A stretch of DNA of 64,000 nucleotides from Patescibacteria group bacterium (GTDB lineage: Bacteria > Patescibacteriota > Patescibacteriia > Buchananbacterales > UBA6539). Where the stretch lies: positions 535,189 through 599,188 of the forward strand of contig JBAZSB010000001.1 in NCBI GenBank assembly GCA_041662625.1, in the 5' to 3' direction. This document shows, one piece after another, positions 47,323-58,700 of the stretch (position 1 is its first letter; each line of letters begins with the position of its first letter). The notes beneath the pieces were generated by a model that searched no databases, was not told the origin of the DNA, and saw only the letters and a program-made list of their open reading frames with translations. A program made the position numbers and the translations under genes.

Positions 47323-47525
47323 AAAATCTCCCGCCTCGAGGGGGAGTGGTTACTTCATTCGTTCTCTTAGAAAACGAAAGGTCACCGACTCTTGATCTCG
47401 AAGAGTTTAGTGATTTAATAGAGCCATAATTTTCTCGACCTGGCTTACCCCGATTTTATATTGGGGATTACAGTTGCGGATCAGCGGAGGATTCACACCT
47501 CGCTTCGGAAAATTAAAGCTGTTTG
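47323..47525 (-). promoter_or_regulatory. Cobalamin (B12) riboswitch with intrinsic-terminator expression platform
   Basis: Minus-strand RNA contains GGUGUGAAUCC-UCC-GCUGAU-CCGCAACUGUAAUCCCC ... GGGGUAAGCCAGG. This matches the GGUG.AA.UCC...CCGC.ACUGUAA core and the AGYCAGG B12 box. The terminator CUCCCCCUCGAGGCGGGAG plus U6 ends ~10 nt before the start codon. Confidence 0.7.
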
Positions 47526-47589
47526 TCAAAGTATTATCATTGTAGATTGTCTAATTTTCAGTGTCAAGTAAATTTTGTGGATAACTTAA

Positions 47590-47700
47590 TTTTTGGTCTA
47601 ATTTTTAATTTTGAATTTTAAATTTTGAATGAATTTTTAATAATTTAATATTCTAATATTCAAAATTGAATTGAAATTCGAAATTAAAAATTAAAAATTT
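47590..47700. repeat. AT-rich intergenic repeat (copy 2), related to 9121-9200
   Basis: Shares aattttgaatttt, aatattctaatatt and gaaattaaaaattaaaaatt with copy 1. Confidence 0.5.
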
Positions 47701-47703
47701 TTG

Positions 47704-48261
47704 CTAATCTTCAATTCCTTTCCTCGCTTTTAACCCTTGTCTATACGGGTGCTTAATCTCTCTCATTTCCGTCACATAGTCAGCCAGCTTAATTACTTCT
47801 TTTGGCGCTCGGCGGCCAGTCAATACTAACTCAACATTTTTTGGCTTATTTCTAATTAGCTTAATAATATCAGCTATGTAAATCAGCTTAAAAAAGCTCG
47901 CTAAAAAAATCTCGTCCAAAATGACTAGATCAAACTTTTGGCCGGCTATTACCTTTTTGCTCCAACCAAGCGCCTTTTTGGCTAAAATTTTGTCTTTAGC
48001 CGTGCCTTTTTGGTAGATGTAGCTTTCCTGGCCAAAGCGCTTAACTGTGACTTGTGGCAGCCTCTTTAAGCTGTTTAACTCACTATACTGCTGGGCTTTC
48101 AGGAATTGGACAATATAAACCTTATGGCCGGCGCCACTGGCTCGCAAAGCCAAACCAAAGGCCGCCGTGGTTTTGCCCTTACCATCGCCAGTATAAATAT
48201 GGATTTTACCTAAATTATTTTTCATAACCATATTATAGACCAATCCACCTATAAAAAACAA
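47704..48261 (-). CDS. Cob(I)alamin adenosyltransferase (CobA/CobO/BtuR family)
   Basis: P-loop IHIYTGDGKGKTTAAFGLALRASGAGHKVYIVQFLK, DLVILDE and LTGRRAP. Confidence 0.8.
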   Translation of the reverse strand: MFFIGGLVYNMVMKNNLGKIHIYTGDGKGKTTAAFGLALRASGAGHKVYIVQFLKAQQYSELNSLKRLPQVTVKRFGQESYIYQKGTAKDKILAKKALGWSKKVIAGQKFDLVILDEIFLASFFKLIYIADIIKLIRNKPKNVELVLTGRRAPKEVIKLADYVTEMREIKHPYRQGLKARKGIED

Positions 48262-48308
48262 ACCCCCGCCTAGGAGGGATCTGTTTTAAATTATTTAAAC
48301 TGATTTTA

Positions 48309-50669
48309 TTAACCGCAATGGGAATAGCCGCAAGACCGACATTTTAAGCAACCCTCAGAAATTTCCAAAAGACTGCCGCACTCCGGACATTCCGGCGCCG
48401 TGCCATAGTCAGCAATTTCGCGCTTGAGGTCCAGGCCATTGCCATTATGGCTTGGAGTAGCCGGAACGACAGCAGACCGCGCCATGGCTTCTTTGGTCAC
48501 CTGGCTGCCGTTATGAAATTCTAAGCCCAATTTTGGCTGTTCCCGGGTGACATGGCGCTCTAAAGTTTGGGCAATGGCATCAGGCAAAGATAGAATCATG
48601 CCATTTTCTCCCCAAGACGGCATTGGCCCCCGGATGCCTTTTATTTGTTTGATTACTTCTTCAGGCGGAATCCCGGCCCGGAAGGCTAAAGACAGCAGCC
48701 GGCAGACCGCTTCTGATTTCGCCGAGAAGAAGCCGCCAGCCTTACCAATAGTTGCAAAAACTTCAAAGGGATGGCCTTCTTCGTCATCATTAATCGTCAC
48801 ATATAAATCGCCATAAGAAGTTTTTTGTTTATAAGTCGTGCCTTTCATGGCTGCTGGCCTTTCTCGTTTATAAAAAGGTACGGCTGGCACTTCCACGGCT
48901 GCTTCTTTGGGCTTACTGGATGATTTCCCGGTTGTTAAAACTTGAACTTCCCGGCTGCCATCCCGATAAATTGTAACTCCCTTACAGCCGGTTTCGTAAG
49001 CTAAAAGATAAGCTTTGGCCACGTCATCCTTAGTAGCACTATTTGGGAAATTAATAGTTTTTGATACAGCATTATCAACGTATTTTTGAAAAGCCGCTTG
49101 CATCCGAATATGCCATTCCGGCGGGATGTCATGAGCGGTGACAAAAATTTTCTTGATTTCATTGGGTATTTCTTCAAAATCTTTGACTGACCCGGCTTCA
49201 GAAACTTTTTCGATCAATTCCTTGGAATAAAAATCTTTCTCCTTGGCAATTTTTTCAAAATCAGGATTCACTTCCACCAATTCAACCCAATCATCACCTT
49301 TTTTGCCGATATGAGACCGCCGAACATAGGCCAAGGCGTAAAGCGGTTCAATGCCGGAAGAACAAGAAGCAATGACACTTAAGGTGCCGGTGGGCGCAAT
49401 AGTTGTCCTGGTGGCATTACGAATCCCTTCGCTATCCGGTGCATCATAAATACTACCTTCAAAATTAGGAAAAACGCCCTTTTCTTTAGCTAAAGCAATT
49501 GAAGCCTCATCAGAACGATCTTTAATAAATTTCATCACTTTATCGGCTAAATCAATGGCTTCTTGGGAATTATAGGCAATTCCCAGCCGAACAAGCATGT
49601 CCGCAAATCCCATTATGCCCAAGCCAATCTTCCGATTACTCAAGGTCATTTTGGCGATTTCTTTTAGGGGATAATGGTTCATATCAATGACATCGTCCAA
49701 AAAGCGGGTTGCAACTTTGACGACTTCACCGAGGCGTTCAAAATCGATTTTGCCCTCTTGAACAAATTGCGCTAAATTGATTGAACCCAAATTACAAGAT
49801 TCATGGGGTAGGAGTGGCTGCTCACCACAAGGATTGGTACTTTCAATCTGACCGATATGCGGGGTGGGATTAAATTTATTAATCCGATCAATAAAAATCA
49901 CACCCGGATCGCCATTTTGCCAAGCATGTTGGACAATTTTATCCCAGACTTCCTTGGCCTTCAATTTTTTTGTTACTTTATTATCATGCGGGTTAACTAA
50001 TTCATATTCCTCATCTTTTTCTAAAGCGGCCATGAAACTATCGGTAACGGCCACCGAAATATTAAAATTATTCAACTTATTGCTATCTTCTTTGGCCGTA
50101 ATAAACTCTAAAATATCCGGATGATCAATGCGTAAAATTCCCATGTTGGCACCACGCCGCGTGCCCCCTTGTTTAATCGTTTCGGTTGCGGCATCAAAAA
50201 CCGTCATGAAAGAAATCGGTCCGGAAGCCAAACCACTAGTTGAATAAACCGGATCTTTGGCTGGCCGCAGGCGCGAAAAGGAAAAACCCGTGCCACCGCC
50301 TGACTTATGAATTAAGGCAGTATTTTTTACCGCTTCAAAAATTTGTTCCATTGAGTCCCCAACTGGTAAAACAAAACAAGCAGAAAGCTGACCTAGCTTT
50401 GTCCCGGCTCCGGAAAAAGTCGGGCTGTTAGGCAAAAATTCCAAATTAACCATGATTTCTAAAAATGCCCGTTCCAGTTCCTCTTTTTTTTCTTTATCGA
50501 GATTATATTTGTCTTCGGCTTTAACAATAAAACTCGCTACCCGCTTAAACATCTCCATTGGTTTTTCGATTACCTTGCCTTTATCATCTTTACGCAAATA
50601 ACGGCTCTCTAAAACCTGAAGAGCATTTTTAGTTAACTTCAATTTTGGTTCGCCGACGCCAAAAATCAT
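48309..50669 (-). CDS. nrdJ: Adenosylcobalamin-dependent (class II) ribonucleotide reductase with C-terminal zinc ribbon
   Basis: 786 aa with NPCGEQPLLPHESCNLGSINL, the SGGGTGFSFSRLRP loop and C-terminal CPECG...CLKCRSCG. Confidence 0.9.
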   Translation of the reverse strand: MIFGVGEPKLKLTKNALQVLESRYLRKDDKGKVIEKPMEMFKRVASFIVKAEDKYNLDKEKKEELERAFLEIMVNLEFLPNSPTFSGAGTKLGQLSACFVLPVGDSMEQIFEAVKNTALIHKSGGGTGFSFSRLRPAKDPVYSTSGLASGPISFMTVFDAATETIKQGGTRRGANMGILRIDHPDILEFITAKEDSNKLNNFNISVAVTDSFMAALEKDEEYELVNPHDNKVTKKLKAKEVWDKIVQHAWQNGDPGVIFIDRINKFNPTPHIGQIESTNPCGEQPLLPHESCNLGSINLAQFVQEGKIDFERLGEVVKVATRFLDDVIDMNHYPLKEIAKMTLSNRKIGLGIMGFADMLVRLGIAYNSQEAIDLADKVMKFIKDRSDEASIALAKEKGVFPNFEGSIYDAPDSEGIRNATRTTIAPTGTLSVIASCSSGIEPLYALAYVRRSHIGKKGDDWVELVEVNPDFEKIAKEKDFYSKELIEKVSEAGSVKDFEEIPNEIKKIFVTAHDIPPEWHIRMQAAFQKYVDNAVSKTINFPNSATKDDVAKAYLLAYETGCKGVTIYRDGSREVQVLTTGKSSSKPKEAAVEVPAVPFYKRERPAAMKGTTYKQKTSYGDLYVTINDDEEGHPFEVFATIGKAGGFFSAKSEAVCRLLSLAFRAGIPPEEVIKQIKGIRGPMPSWGENGMILSLPDAIAQTLERHVTREQPKLGLEFHNGSQVTKEAMARSAVVPATPSHNGNGLDLKREIADYGTAPECPECGSLLEISEGCLKCRSCGYSHCG

Positions 50670-50843
50670 AAATATTTGATTCTAATAAAAGTGACCAAAA
50701 AAATAAGACAATTTTTGCCTTATTAAAATTTTTAAACCACCTCACTTTTATTTTTCTTTTGATTTTTTCTTTTGAGTATTTCTATTTTACTCCCTAACGA
50801 CAACTTTGTCTACTAATTATCGACAAAACTAACAAAATAGGCA

Positions 50844-52019
50844 TTATTTCATCTTCTTTCTGATGAAGGCGGGAATTTCCAGTTCTTCCTCTTCGGCTGA
50901 TTTTTCTGATTCTCTATTAAAAATTTTTTTCGCGGTAACTCGTTTGGGCACTCGCTTCAAATCTCTGGCCTGTTCAGATTGATTTTCACCAGTGACAAAA
51001 TCAGTTGGCGTATAAGCTGTTTCCACTTGGCCAAAAACCCTACTGGCTGAAGCATTTTTGTTTTCCCGTTCACTAAAACCAGTAGCAATCACTGTTACCT
51101 TTACTTCATCTTTAAGGTCTTGATCAATGACAGCGCCAAAAATAATTTTAGCACCGGGATCAGCTGATTGGGTGATAATTTTAGCGGCTTCGTTAACCTC
51201 ATGCATACCTAAATCCGGACCACCAACCACGGTGAAAAGAATTCCTTTAGCACCTTCAATCGAAAGTTCGAGTAAGGGACTGGCAATTGCGGCCCGGGCG
51301 GCTTCAATCGCCCGACTGTCACCGCTACCCTGACCAATTCCCATCAAAGCCGAGCCAGTATCTCTCATAATCGTCCGGACATCGGCAAAATCAACATTAA
51401 TTAAACCCGGCACGGTAATTAATTCAGCAATGCCCTGAACACCTTGTTTTAAAACATCGTCACAAATTCTAAAAGCTTCCAAAAGTGAAGTCTTTTTATC
51501 AATGATTTGCAAAAGACGATCGTTAGGAATAGTAACGATCGCATCAACTTTATCTTTTAAATTATTAAAACCCCGATCGGCAATCTCCCGTCTTTGAGCA
51601 CCTTCAAAAGAAAAAGGTTTAGTCACTACAGCCACAGTTAAAGCACCCGCCTCTTTGGCCATATTAGCAATAATCGGTGCGGCCCCGCTTCCTGTCCCAC
51701 CCCCTAAGCCACAAGTTACAAATACCATATCAGCATCTTTAATTAAATCCCGAATTTCATTTTGACTTTCTTCAGCCGCCTTCTGACCCAATTCCGGATC
51801 CATTCCCGCTCCTAAACCTCGGGTGGTCATTTTGCCAATATGCAATTTAGAATTAGCCTGGGAATGATGCAGGGCTTGAACATCAGTATTAACGGCTAAA
51901 AAATCGACCCCTTTAATCCGAGCATTAACCATACGGTTAACAGCTGAACCGCCGGAACCGCCAACACCAATGACTTTAATTTTAGCAAAAGTCTCGATTT
52001 CTGGTTTAATTTCTGCCAT
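50844..52019 (-). CDS. ftsZ: Cell division GTPase FtsZ
   Basis: [13 protein letters not shown] tubulin signature. Confidence 0.95.
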   Translation of the reverse strand: MAEIKPEIETFAKIKVIGVGGSGGSAVNRMVNARIKGVDFLAVNTDVQALHHSQANSKLHIGKMTTRGLGAGMDPELGQKAAEESQNEIRDLIKDADMVFVTCGLGGGTGSGAAPIIANMAKEAGALTVAVVTKPFSFEGAQRREIADRGFNNLKDKVDAIVTIPNDRLLQIIDKKTSLLEAFRICDDVLKQGVQGIAELITVPGLINVDFADVRTIMRDTGSALMGIGQGSGDSRAIEAARAAIASPLLELSIEGAKGILFTVVGGPDLGMHEVNEAAKIITQSADPGAKIIFGAVIDQDLKDEVKVTVIATGFSERENKNASASRVFGQVETAYTPTDFVTGENQSEQARDLKRVPKRVTAKKIFNRESEKSAEEEELEIPAFIRKKMK

Positions 52020-52101
52020 AGTATTTAAACTGGGAACTTTGAGCTAGAAACTTTGAACTTTCTTAACAGTTCATTGTCCCAAGTTCATAGCTCTAAGTTA
52101 T

Positions 52102-53355
52102 TTACGGAATTACTTTCTTAAACCACTTTCTCGCTTGATTAGTTAAACCTTTAAAATTAGGTAAATAATTCAATAAGTGACCAAAGCCACTTCCACCCCG
52201 CTGATTTTCGATTTGGCTCCCCCAAATTACTAAACCAATTGCTGTGGAAAAAGCCGGATCATTAACTTTGTCGATCGCACTGGTAATGTTTAAGGGTCGA
52301 CCCAAAGTGGCGGGTAGGCGCAACTGCTTTTTGGCTGCCTCAACTAGGCCAGCCAATTTAGCACCACCGCCAGTTAAAATTACTCCTGCCGGTAGTTTAC
52401 CACTTCTATCAACCTTTTTCAACTCAGCATCAATCTTATCCAGAATTTCTTCCACCCTAGCCTCGGTAATTTCGGCGATATACTTTTTAGAAATAAAATT
52501 GCTCTCTTTACCTTCTAATTCGCCAATATCAATTTCATCGCGTTTATTAATTCCATTAGCCAAAGCAGAACCATATTCCAATTTAATCTTTTCCGCTGCG
52601 TCAATTGAAATCCGCAGACCAATGGCAATATCTGAAGTAATATGATCAGAGCCAACTGGCATTACCGCCGTATGCAAAATATCACCTTCTTCAAAAACCG
52701 CCAGGCTGGTGGTTGAACCACCAATATTAATCACAGCGACCCCCAATTCTTTTTGCCGACTGGTTAAAACCGCCTCCGAAGTCGCTAAAATCGACAAAAC
52801 TAGATCTTCAATATTGATTCCGGGCCGATAAACTGCCTTGGTTAAATTTTTTATTTGCGAACTCAATCCTTGGATAATTTGGGTCTCAACTTCTAAACGG
52901 ACGCCAGTCATGCCTAAAGGGTCCTTAATCCCGACTTGGCCATCAACCGTGAACCCTTTGGGGATAACATGCAAAATTTCATAATTTAAGGGAGTCGCGA
53001 CTGTCCGGGCGGCTTCAATTGAGCGCTCAACATCATCTTCGGAGATTTCACCATCCGACCGCGCCACCGCTACTACTCCTTGGCTCTCTTGAGAAATGAT
53101 ATGCCCACCCGAAATTCCCACCCAAGCCCTTTCGATTGGTACACCAACCATCCGTTCAGCCTTCTCTAGACAAGCGGAAATTGAAGAAACAGCATCTTCA
53201 ATACTACTAATTATACCTTTACTAATTCCTTCGGCCGGCACTTCAGCTGCCCCGATAATATGAATTTTTCCCTCTTCACCAACACTTTGACCAACAGCCA
53301 ATCGAATAGCAGTTGAACCGATATCAAGTCCGGCAATTATTTCTTTTTCCGCCAT
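52102..53355 (-). CDS. ftsA: Cell division protein FtsA
   Basis: Actin-like ATPase fold (DIGSTAIRLAVG, GGGAKLAGL) directly upstream of ftsZ. Confidence 0.9.
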   Translation of the reverse strand: MAEKEIIAGLDIGSTAIRLAVGQSVGEEGKIHIIGAAEVPAEGISKGIISSIEDAVSSISACLEKAERMVGVPIERAWVGISGGHIISQESQGVVAVARSDGEISEDDVERSIEAARTVATPLNYEILHVIPKGFTVDGQVGIKDPLGMTGVRLEVETQIIQGLSSQIKNLTKAVYRPGINIEDLVLSILATSEAVLTSRQKELGVAVINIGGSTTSLAVFEEGDILHTAVMPVGSDHITSDIAIGLRISIDAAEKIKLEYGSALANGINKRDEIDIGELEGKESNFISKKYIAEITEARVEEILDKIDAELKKVDRSGKLPAGVILTGGGAKLAGLVEAAKKQLRLPATLGRPLNITSAIDKVNDPAFSTAIGLVIWGSQIENQRGGSGFGHLLNYLPNFKGLTNQARKWFKKVIP

Positions 53356-53427
53356 AAAATTAATTTAGTAATTTAATCGGATATATATAATATTTTAGCA
53401 TAAAAACCAGTCTTTAGACAAACCTGC

Positions 53428-53871
53428 TTACCTGAGTGATAACCCCAAAATCTTCCGTTCTAAACGTTGCATTTTAGCCCTATCCCGAGCTTTTTGATGA
53501 TCATAGCCTAAAAGATGCAAAAAACCATGAATTAGAAGCATTTCTAGCTCCTGATTAACCGAATGACCAAACTTTTTGGCCTGTCTTTTGGCCTGGGGAT
53601 AACAAATGATAATTTCCCCCAAATAACGACTACTGGACACACCAAATTTGGTTCGGCTATCCTTTTCGCTAAAGCTTAGAACATCGGTTACTCTATTTTC
53701 CCCGCGATAAATTCGATTCAGCTTTTTCATTGCCCCCTCACCAACCAAAGCCAGGGAAATTTCCCAATGATCGCTTGATTTTAATGTTTGCTTAATCTTT
53801 TTTAACCTTAAGCGCCAAAACCGCAAAGGAATCTTTTTGCCTGATTGTTGGTTGACCGCGAAACTGATCAT
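53428..53871 (-). CDS. ybeY: rRNA maturation endoribonuclease YbeY
   Basis: HGFLHLLGYDH metal-binding motif. Confidence 0.85.
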   Translation of the reverse strand: MISFAVNQQSGKKIPLRFWRLRLKKIKQTLKSSDHWEISLALVGEGAMKKLNRIYRGENRVTDVLSFSEKDSRTKFGVSSSRYLGEIIICYPQAKRQAKKFGHSVNQELEMLLIHGFLHLLGYDHQKARDRAKMQRLERKILGLSLR

Positions 53872-53882
53872 AGTCTAATAGT

Positions 53883-54929
53883 CTAAGGAACTAAGTTGAA
53901 ACTTTTAACCATCACTTGAAAAGTGAGGATGAAATTAGTCATTGTATAATTACCAACATTATAATGCAGTAAAAATATTTTACTTGGGTTGGCTGCCGAC
54001 ATTAAATAGTAACTTTGATTATCGAGCGTACGGTAACCAGCAATACCATTAATTTTAACTGCTGTCAGTTGGCCAAGACTAGATTGTGAAAATTGCTCCC
54101 GGTACCAATCAGCCAAAGATAAATTTTGGTCCTTATCCAGCACCAACACTTCAACAAATTCACCGGTAGTAGAAACAAATAAGACTTCGGTTTTCCCGCT
54201 GTTACTTTCCTGAACCCGCCAATTCTTTGGATAGATAATTGAATAAAAAGAATTATTATAAGTAGAAAATAAACCTGAATCAACTAACGAAACTGCCGGT
54301 CGGGTCGGATCATAACCATTAAGTAACTCGGCACCATCGGTATAAGTATCCGAATCACTATCGCTTATTTCTGGATTAGTACCATAGAGACTTTCCTCGG
54401 CCAAAGTTAAATTATCACGGTCAGTATCAGCAGCTATTGGCAAGGGTTGTGAAGCATTCGTATTAGTATTTGTATTAGTATTAACATTAAGATTAGTGTT
54501 GACGTTAACGTTAGTATTAAGGTTTACATTGGTATTGGTATTAGTATTTGTATTGACGTTAACGTTAGTATTAAGGTTTACATTGGTATTGGTATTAGTA
54601 TTTGTATTTACATTTTGGTTCAAATTAGTATTAGTGTTAACTGGCTGATTGGTATTAATTACAGGTGCTGGCGCTTGGTTCTGGCTTAAATTCTGATTAA
54701 GATAAATCGCAACACCAATTAAACCACCAATCAATAAAATACCAACAATGATAATAATAATTAAGCCAGAATGTTTCTTTTTTGGCTGAATATAAAAACG
54801 TTGTGGCATAACATGGATTTGTTGATCTAATCTAGAATTAACCTCCGGGGGTAAATTGGCTACCTCCTTAGATTTTTTTTCTGATTTTTGTTTTCGAATT
54901 CCAAACATAAATAAATATAATGCTAACAA
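53883..54929 (-). CDS. N-rich low-complexity membrane protein with thrombospondin-type-3-like Ca-binding motifs
   Basis: N-terminal TM helix, NTNTNVNLNTNVNVN repeats and DTDRDNLTLAEESLYGTNPEISDSD. The DNA carries a 54-bp tandem duplication (~54489-54596). Confidence 0.55.
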   Translation of the reverse strand: MLALYLFMFGIRKQKSEKKSKEVANLPPEVNSRLDQQIHVMPQRFYIQPKKKHSGLIIIIIVGILLIGGLIGVAIYLNQNLSQNQAPAPVINTNQPVNTNTNLNQNVNTNTNTNTNVNLNTNVNVNTNTNTNTNVNLNTNVNVNTNLNVNTNTNTNTNASQPLPIAADTDRDNLTLAEESLYGTNPEISDSDSDTYTDGAELLNGYDPTRPAVSLVDSGLFSTYNNSFYSIIYPKNWRVQESNSGKTEVLFVSTTGEFVEVLVLDKDQNLSLADWYREQFSQSSLGQLTAVKINGIAGYRTLDNQSYYLMSAANPSKIFLLHYNVGNYTMTNFILTFQVMVKSFNLVP

Positions 54930-55002
54930 ATGCGAATTTATACGAATGTTGCGAATAGCATTAGTATCATTCGCATGCCATTAGCATTTATTGATATCGG
55001 GT

Positions 55003-55692
55003 TTATTCAATCTTTAATAAACGGCCAGGACCTTTAGGATCATAACCTGATCTGACTTCGGCACCATCAGTATAAGTGTCGCCATCAGTATCAGCATTAT
55101 TCGGATCAGTTTTAAAAACTTTAACTTCATCACGATCGGTTAAACCATCTTTGTCGGTATCAACTTCGTTAGGATCAGTGCCATACATACTTTCTTCATT
55201 GTCAGTTAAACCGTCACGATCGGAATCAACAGGTTGTTGGGGCGTTTGATTAGTATTAATGTTCTGATTGACAACCCCTTGATTAACCGCATTGTTCTGA
55301 TTGGTATTAACTTGGCCCGTTTGATTGGTATTTAAAACTTTTTGGCCATTTGGTCGAACCACAAAAACCTGATAAGCATACCAGCCCGCCACAGCTAAAA
55401 CAGCAATCAAAATAATTACCACAATCACGCCAATAAAAGCCTTTTGGTGCTGTTTAAAAAATGGCTCCTTAGTGATCGGTTTAGGCGGGGGGGTGAGGGC
55501 AGGGGGCACTGAAGCTTTAACCACTGGTCGGGCCGGGCCTTTAACAACGGCTTCAGATCGGTCTAATCCTTCCAAAATATCCTCTGGTTCTTTGGGTAAA
55601 TTTTGGGGTGGCTGAGCTTGGGGTGTTTGTCCCCCACTTAACGGCTGACCGTAAGCATCGGAATTGTTATTAGTTGATTTTTTTTCAAACAT
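55003..55692 (-). CDS. Paralogous N/Q-rich membrane protein with DxDxDG Ca-binding repeats
   Basis: DSDRDGLTDNEESMYGTDPNEVDTDKDGLTDRDEV. Confidence 0.55.
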   Translation of the reverse strand: MFEKKSTNNNSDAYGQPLSGGQTPQAQPPQNLPKEPEDILEGLDRSEAVVKGPARPVVKASVPPALTPPPKPITKEPFFKQHQKAFIGVIVVIILIAVLAVAGWYAYQVFVVRPNGQKVLNTNQTGQVNTNQNNAVNQGVVNQNINTNQTPQQPVDSDRDGLTDNEESMYGTDPNEVDTDKDGLTDRDEVKVFKTDPNNADTDGDTYTDGAEVRSGYDPKGPGRLLKIE

Positions 55693-55723
55693 AGGTTTTT
55701 AATTTATATTTAATTATATCTAA

Positions 55724-58700
55724 TTAACGATTGTATTCAAAGCGACAATAAATATGACTGCTTTCATAAGAAGGTCCGGGACTGACAAAACGAGAATGGG
55801 CACCCCAAATTGACCAAGGCATTCGCGTTCCCGCTGGCGTAGTCTGAGAATATTTACTGACATAAATCCGGGTATCAATTAAAGTTGAGGAGTTAGCGTT
55901 GATACTTTGGCAGAGCGGAAAAGTATCTTGGTAGCAAGAGCTATTGGCATAAGTCCAGCTGGAATAATCATAACTAATCTTTTTCCAGTCGTCACCTTGC
56001 GCGTCAGCAGGCGGATAATTAGGATTAGAGGTTTCAACGCAAGTCCCACCCGGGCAATCAGAGGCCCCATTGGGACAAAGGTTACCTTCATTACTGCCAC
56101 CCACACAGCGCTCACCGGTATCTTTAACATAACATTTTAAAGGCATATATGATTGATAGGCTGGGGAAGCTGGATCAGTGGCACTTAGACGATAGGTTCT
56201 TAAAACCGGGTTAACTCCGCCCATCAGAGTACATAAGCCAGTATCATTGTAATTGGCAATTGCTCCTCTTAAAGCGCGATTGCGAATAACTGTCGGGGTG
56301 GTTTGTTCTTCATCATAAGCTTCCAGAGCGATCACATTCATTCCACTAACTAAATAATTACTAACATTAAAGTAAGCCCCCGTGACACTTGGATTAACAC
56401 TATTAGTCGGCGTCAGAGGCACTGCCCGCGGATTAGCAGCAAAATCTACGCAAGTACCGCCCAAACAATCAGAATCAATATCACATTCCTTGCCATCTTT
56501 ACCGCCACCATTGCAAATCTTGTATTTTGGTAAAAACAAATTACCTGTCATCATTTTACCATTGATATAAATATTCATATAATCTTCTGCACCAAAAACT
56601 AACAGACAGCTATTGGCACTGGTACAATTATTACCAGCACCAGATGCGCCACCCTGGCAGGTATCATAAGTGACGCTGCTATTATACCGGCAAATCCAAC
56701 CATTAGTCTTAGTACCGGTCCGACTGACACCACTGTTACAACCAACCGCACAAAGACCATCACCGTCAGCACCTTTAGCCGGATCATCATTATCCGGATC
56801 ATAAGGGCAAACATCATTCTCATCACAGACCCCGTCTAAATCCGCGTCATCACAAGTAGCACAAATTGGCGGATTTGGGGTTGAGCCCTGGCAACTATAG
56901 CCAACCTCACAGCACTGATTACTACCATTACAATCAATATTATTATAAATATATTGGCAATCCAAAGTGGCCGGATTACATTCGCTGCAGACAGCCGAGC
57001 AGCGATCATTGGCCGGTGAAACTGGCACCCCGCATTGATAAACAACGGGATTAGACCCACTCCCCTTGCAGACGCCACATTCCGTGCTAGTTAAACAAGA
57101 ATCAGGGGTTTTGGTTTGGCAATCATAATTATTGCCACTCGGCGTGCATTGGCCGCAAGCGCCACACCAATTAGCCAGATAGGCGGGATTGGTTGAACCA
57201 TCTAGGCAAGTCGGACTGGTGCGATCACAATAACGGCAGGTATAAGTATCACCCACATCGCAATCCCGATAAAGGCAATCACCGCCATAAGCAGTACAAT
57301 GACCGGCATTTAAACAACAAGTAAAACCACCCGGACCTGACTTGCCAGTACAGTCAGAATCAGCACAATCAGTGGAAGTATCGCAATCATTATTATCACT
57401 ATCATTACAAGTCAGTTCGGTACCGACTTCATAAACATTACCATGAGCTGTTGCCCAGCTCGTATAAGTGGTAGTGGTACAACCTTGCCAAGCCCCGCGG
57501 CCGCCGCCAATATCCGCACAAGTCTCGCGGGCGCCACTGCAAACTCCTTGGGTTAAGGAACAAGGCCTCGTATCAACGCCAGCCACACATTGACCACAGT
57601 CAAGCGAACAATTAGTTGGCGTTTCGCTTGGAGTTTCACAAACACCATTACCACAAACCGGCGAGCAATCATTGTCGGTTAAGGCATTACAACTAACCGG
57701 ACAGCAGCTATCACTATTAGTACAAGTAGTTATTGTTGTATAAGAACAGACAGCATTACATTGAGAAGGGTTGCTACAACTGTCAATGGTACAACTATTG
57801 CTGTCATTACAATCGCCAGTTGCATCACAAGCGGGCGGCTGGCAGACGCCGCTGCAACAAAGTTCAGTACCACAGCCGCAGTCAGCCGGACAACTGGCAG
57901 TATCACAAGTTTCCCCGCCTTCACAAGCACCGTCACCGCAATTAGATTCGTCGTTATCAGTTAAATTGGTGCAGCCGGAGTCAGCTAGATCTCTTTGACT
58001 ATCACCATCATTATCCGTACCATCATCACACTGAACCGCTGGGTTAAGTTCGCTAGTATCGCTACCACTGCTGCAACCCGGGTCAGCCGGAAAATCAGTT
58101 TGGCCATCAGAATCATCATCAAGGCCATTATTACAGGCTGTGGCCGCCCCGCAATCCGAAGCACAACTCAATGGCGTTTCCCCGCCTTCACAAGCACCGT
58201 CACCGCAATTCGATTCATCCGTGTCAATTGAATCGGCGCAGCCGGAATCAGCTAAATCTCTTTGGCCATCGCCATCATTATCAAGACCATCATCACATTC
58301 AATTGCTGAGTTAAGCTCGCTATTATCATTAGAATTACTACACCCTGGGTCAGCCGGATAGTCAATTTGACCATCCGAATCATCATCAAGGCCATTATTA
58401 CAAGCGGTAACCGCACCACAATCAGTCGCACAAGAAGCTGAAGTCTCACTACCTTCACAAACCCCGTCGCCGCAATTAGATTCATCAATATCGGTTAAGC
58501 TAGTACAACCAATATCAGCTAGATCAACTCGGCTATCACTATCATTATCAATATTATCATCACATTCAATTGCCAAGTTAAGCTCGCTACTATCACTGGC
58601 GCTACTACAACCTGGGTCGGACGGAAAATCAACTCGGCCATCGCCATCATCATCGCTACTATTATTACATTGGTTAATTGGTGTCACTGTCACACAACTG

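Noticed and set aside
54470-54620. Possible CRISPR-like or non-coding tandem repeat (54-bp units)
   Set aside because: The repeat is in frame within a coding region and encodes the NTNTNVNLNTNVNVN low-complexity segment. The units are adjacent with no spacers, so it is not a CRISPR array.
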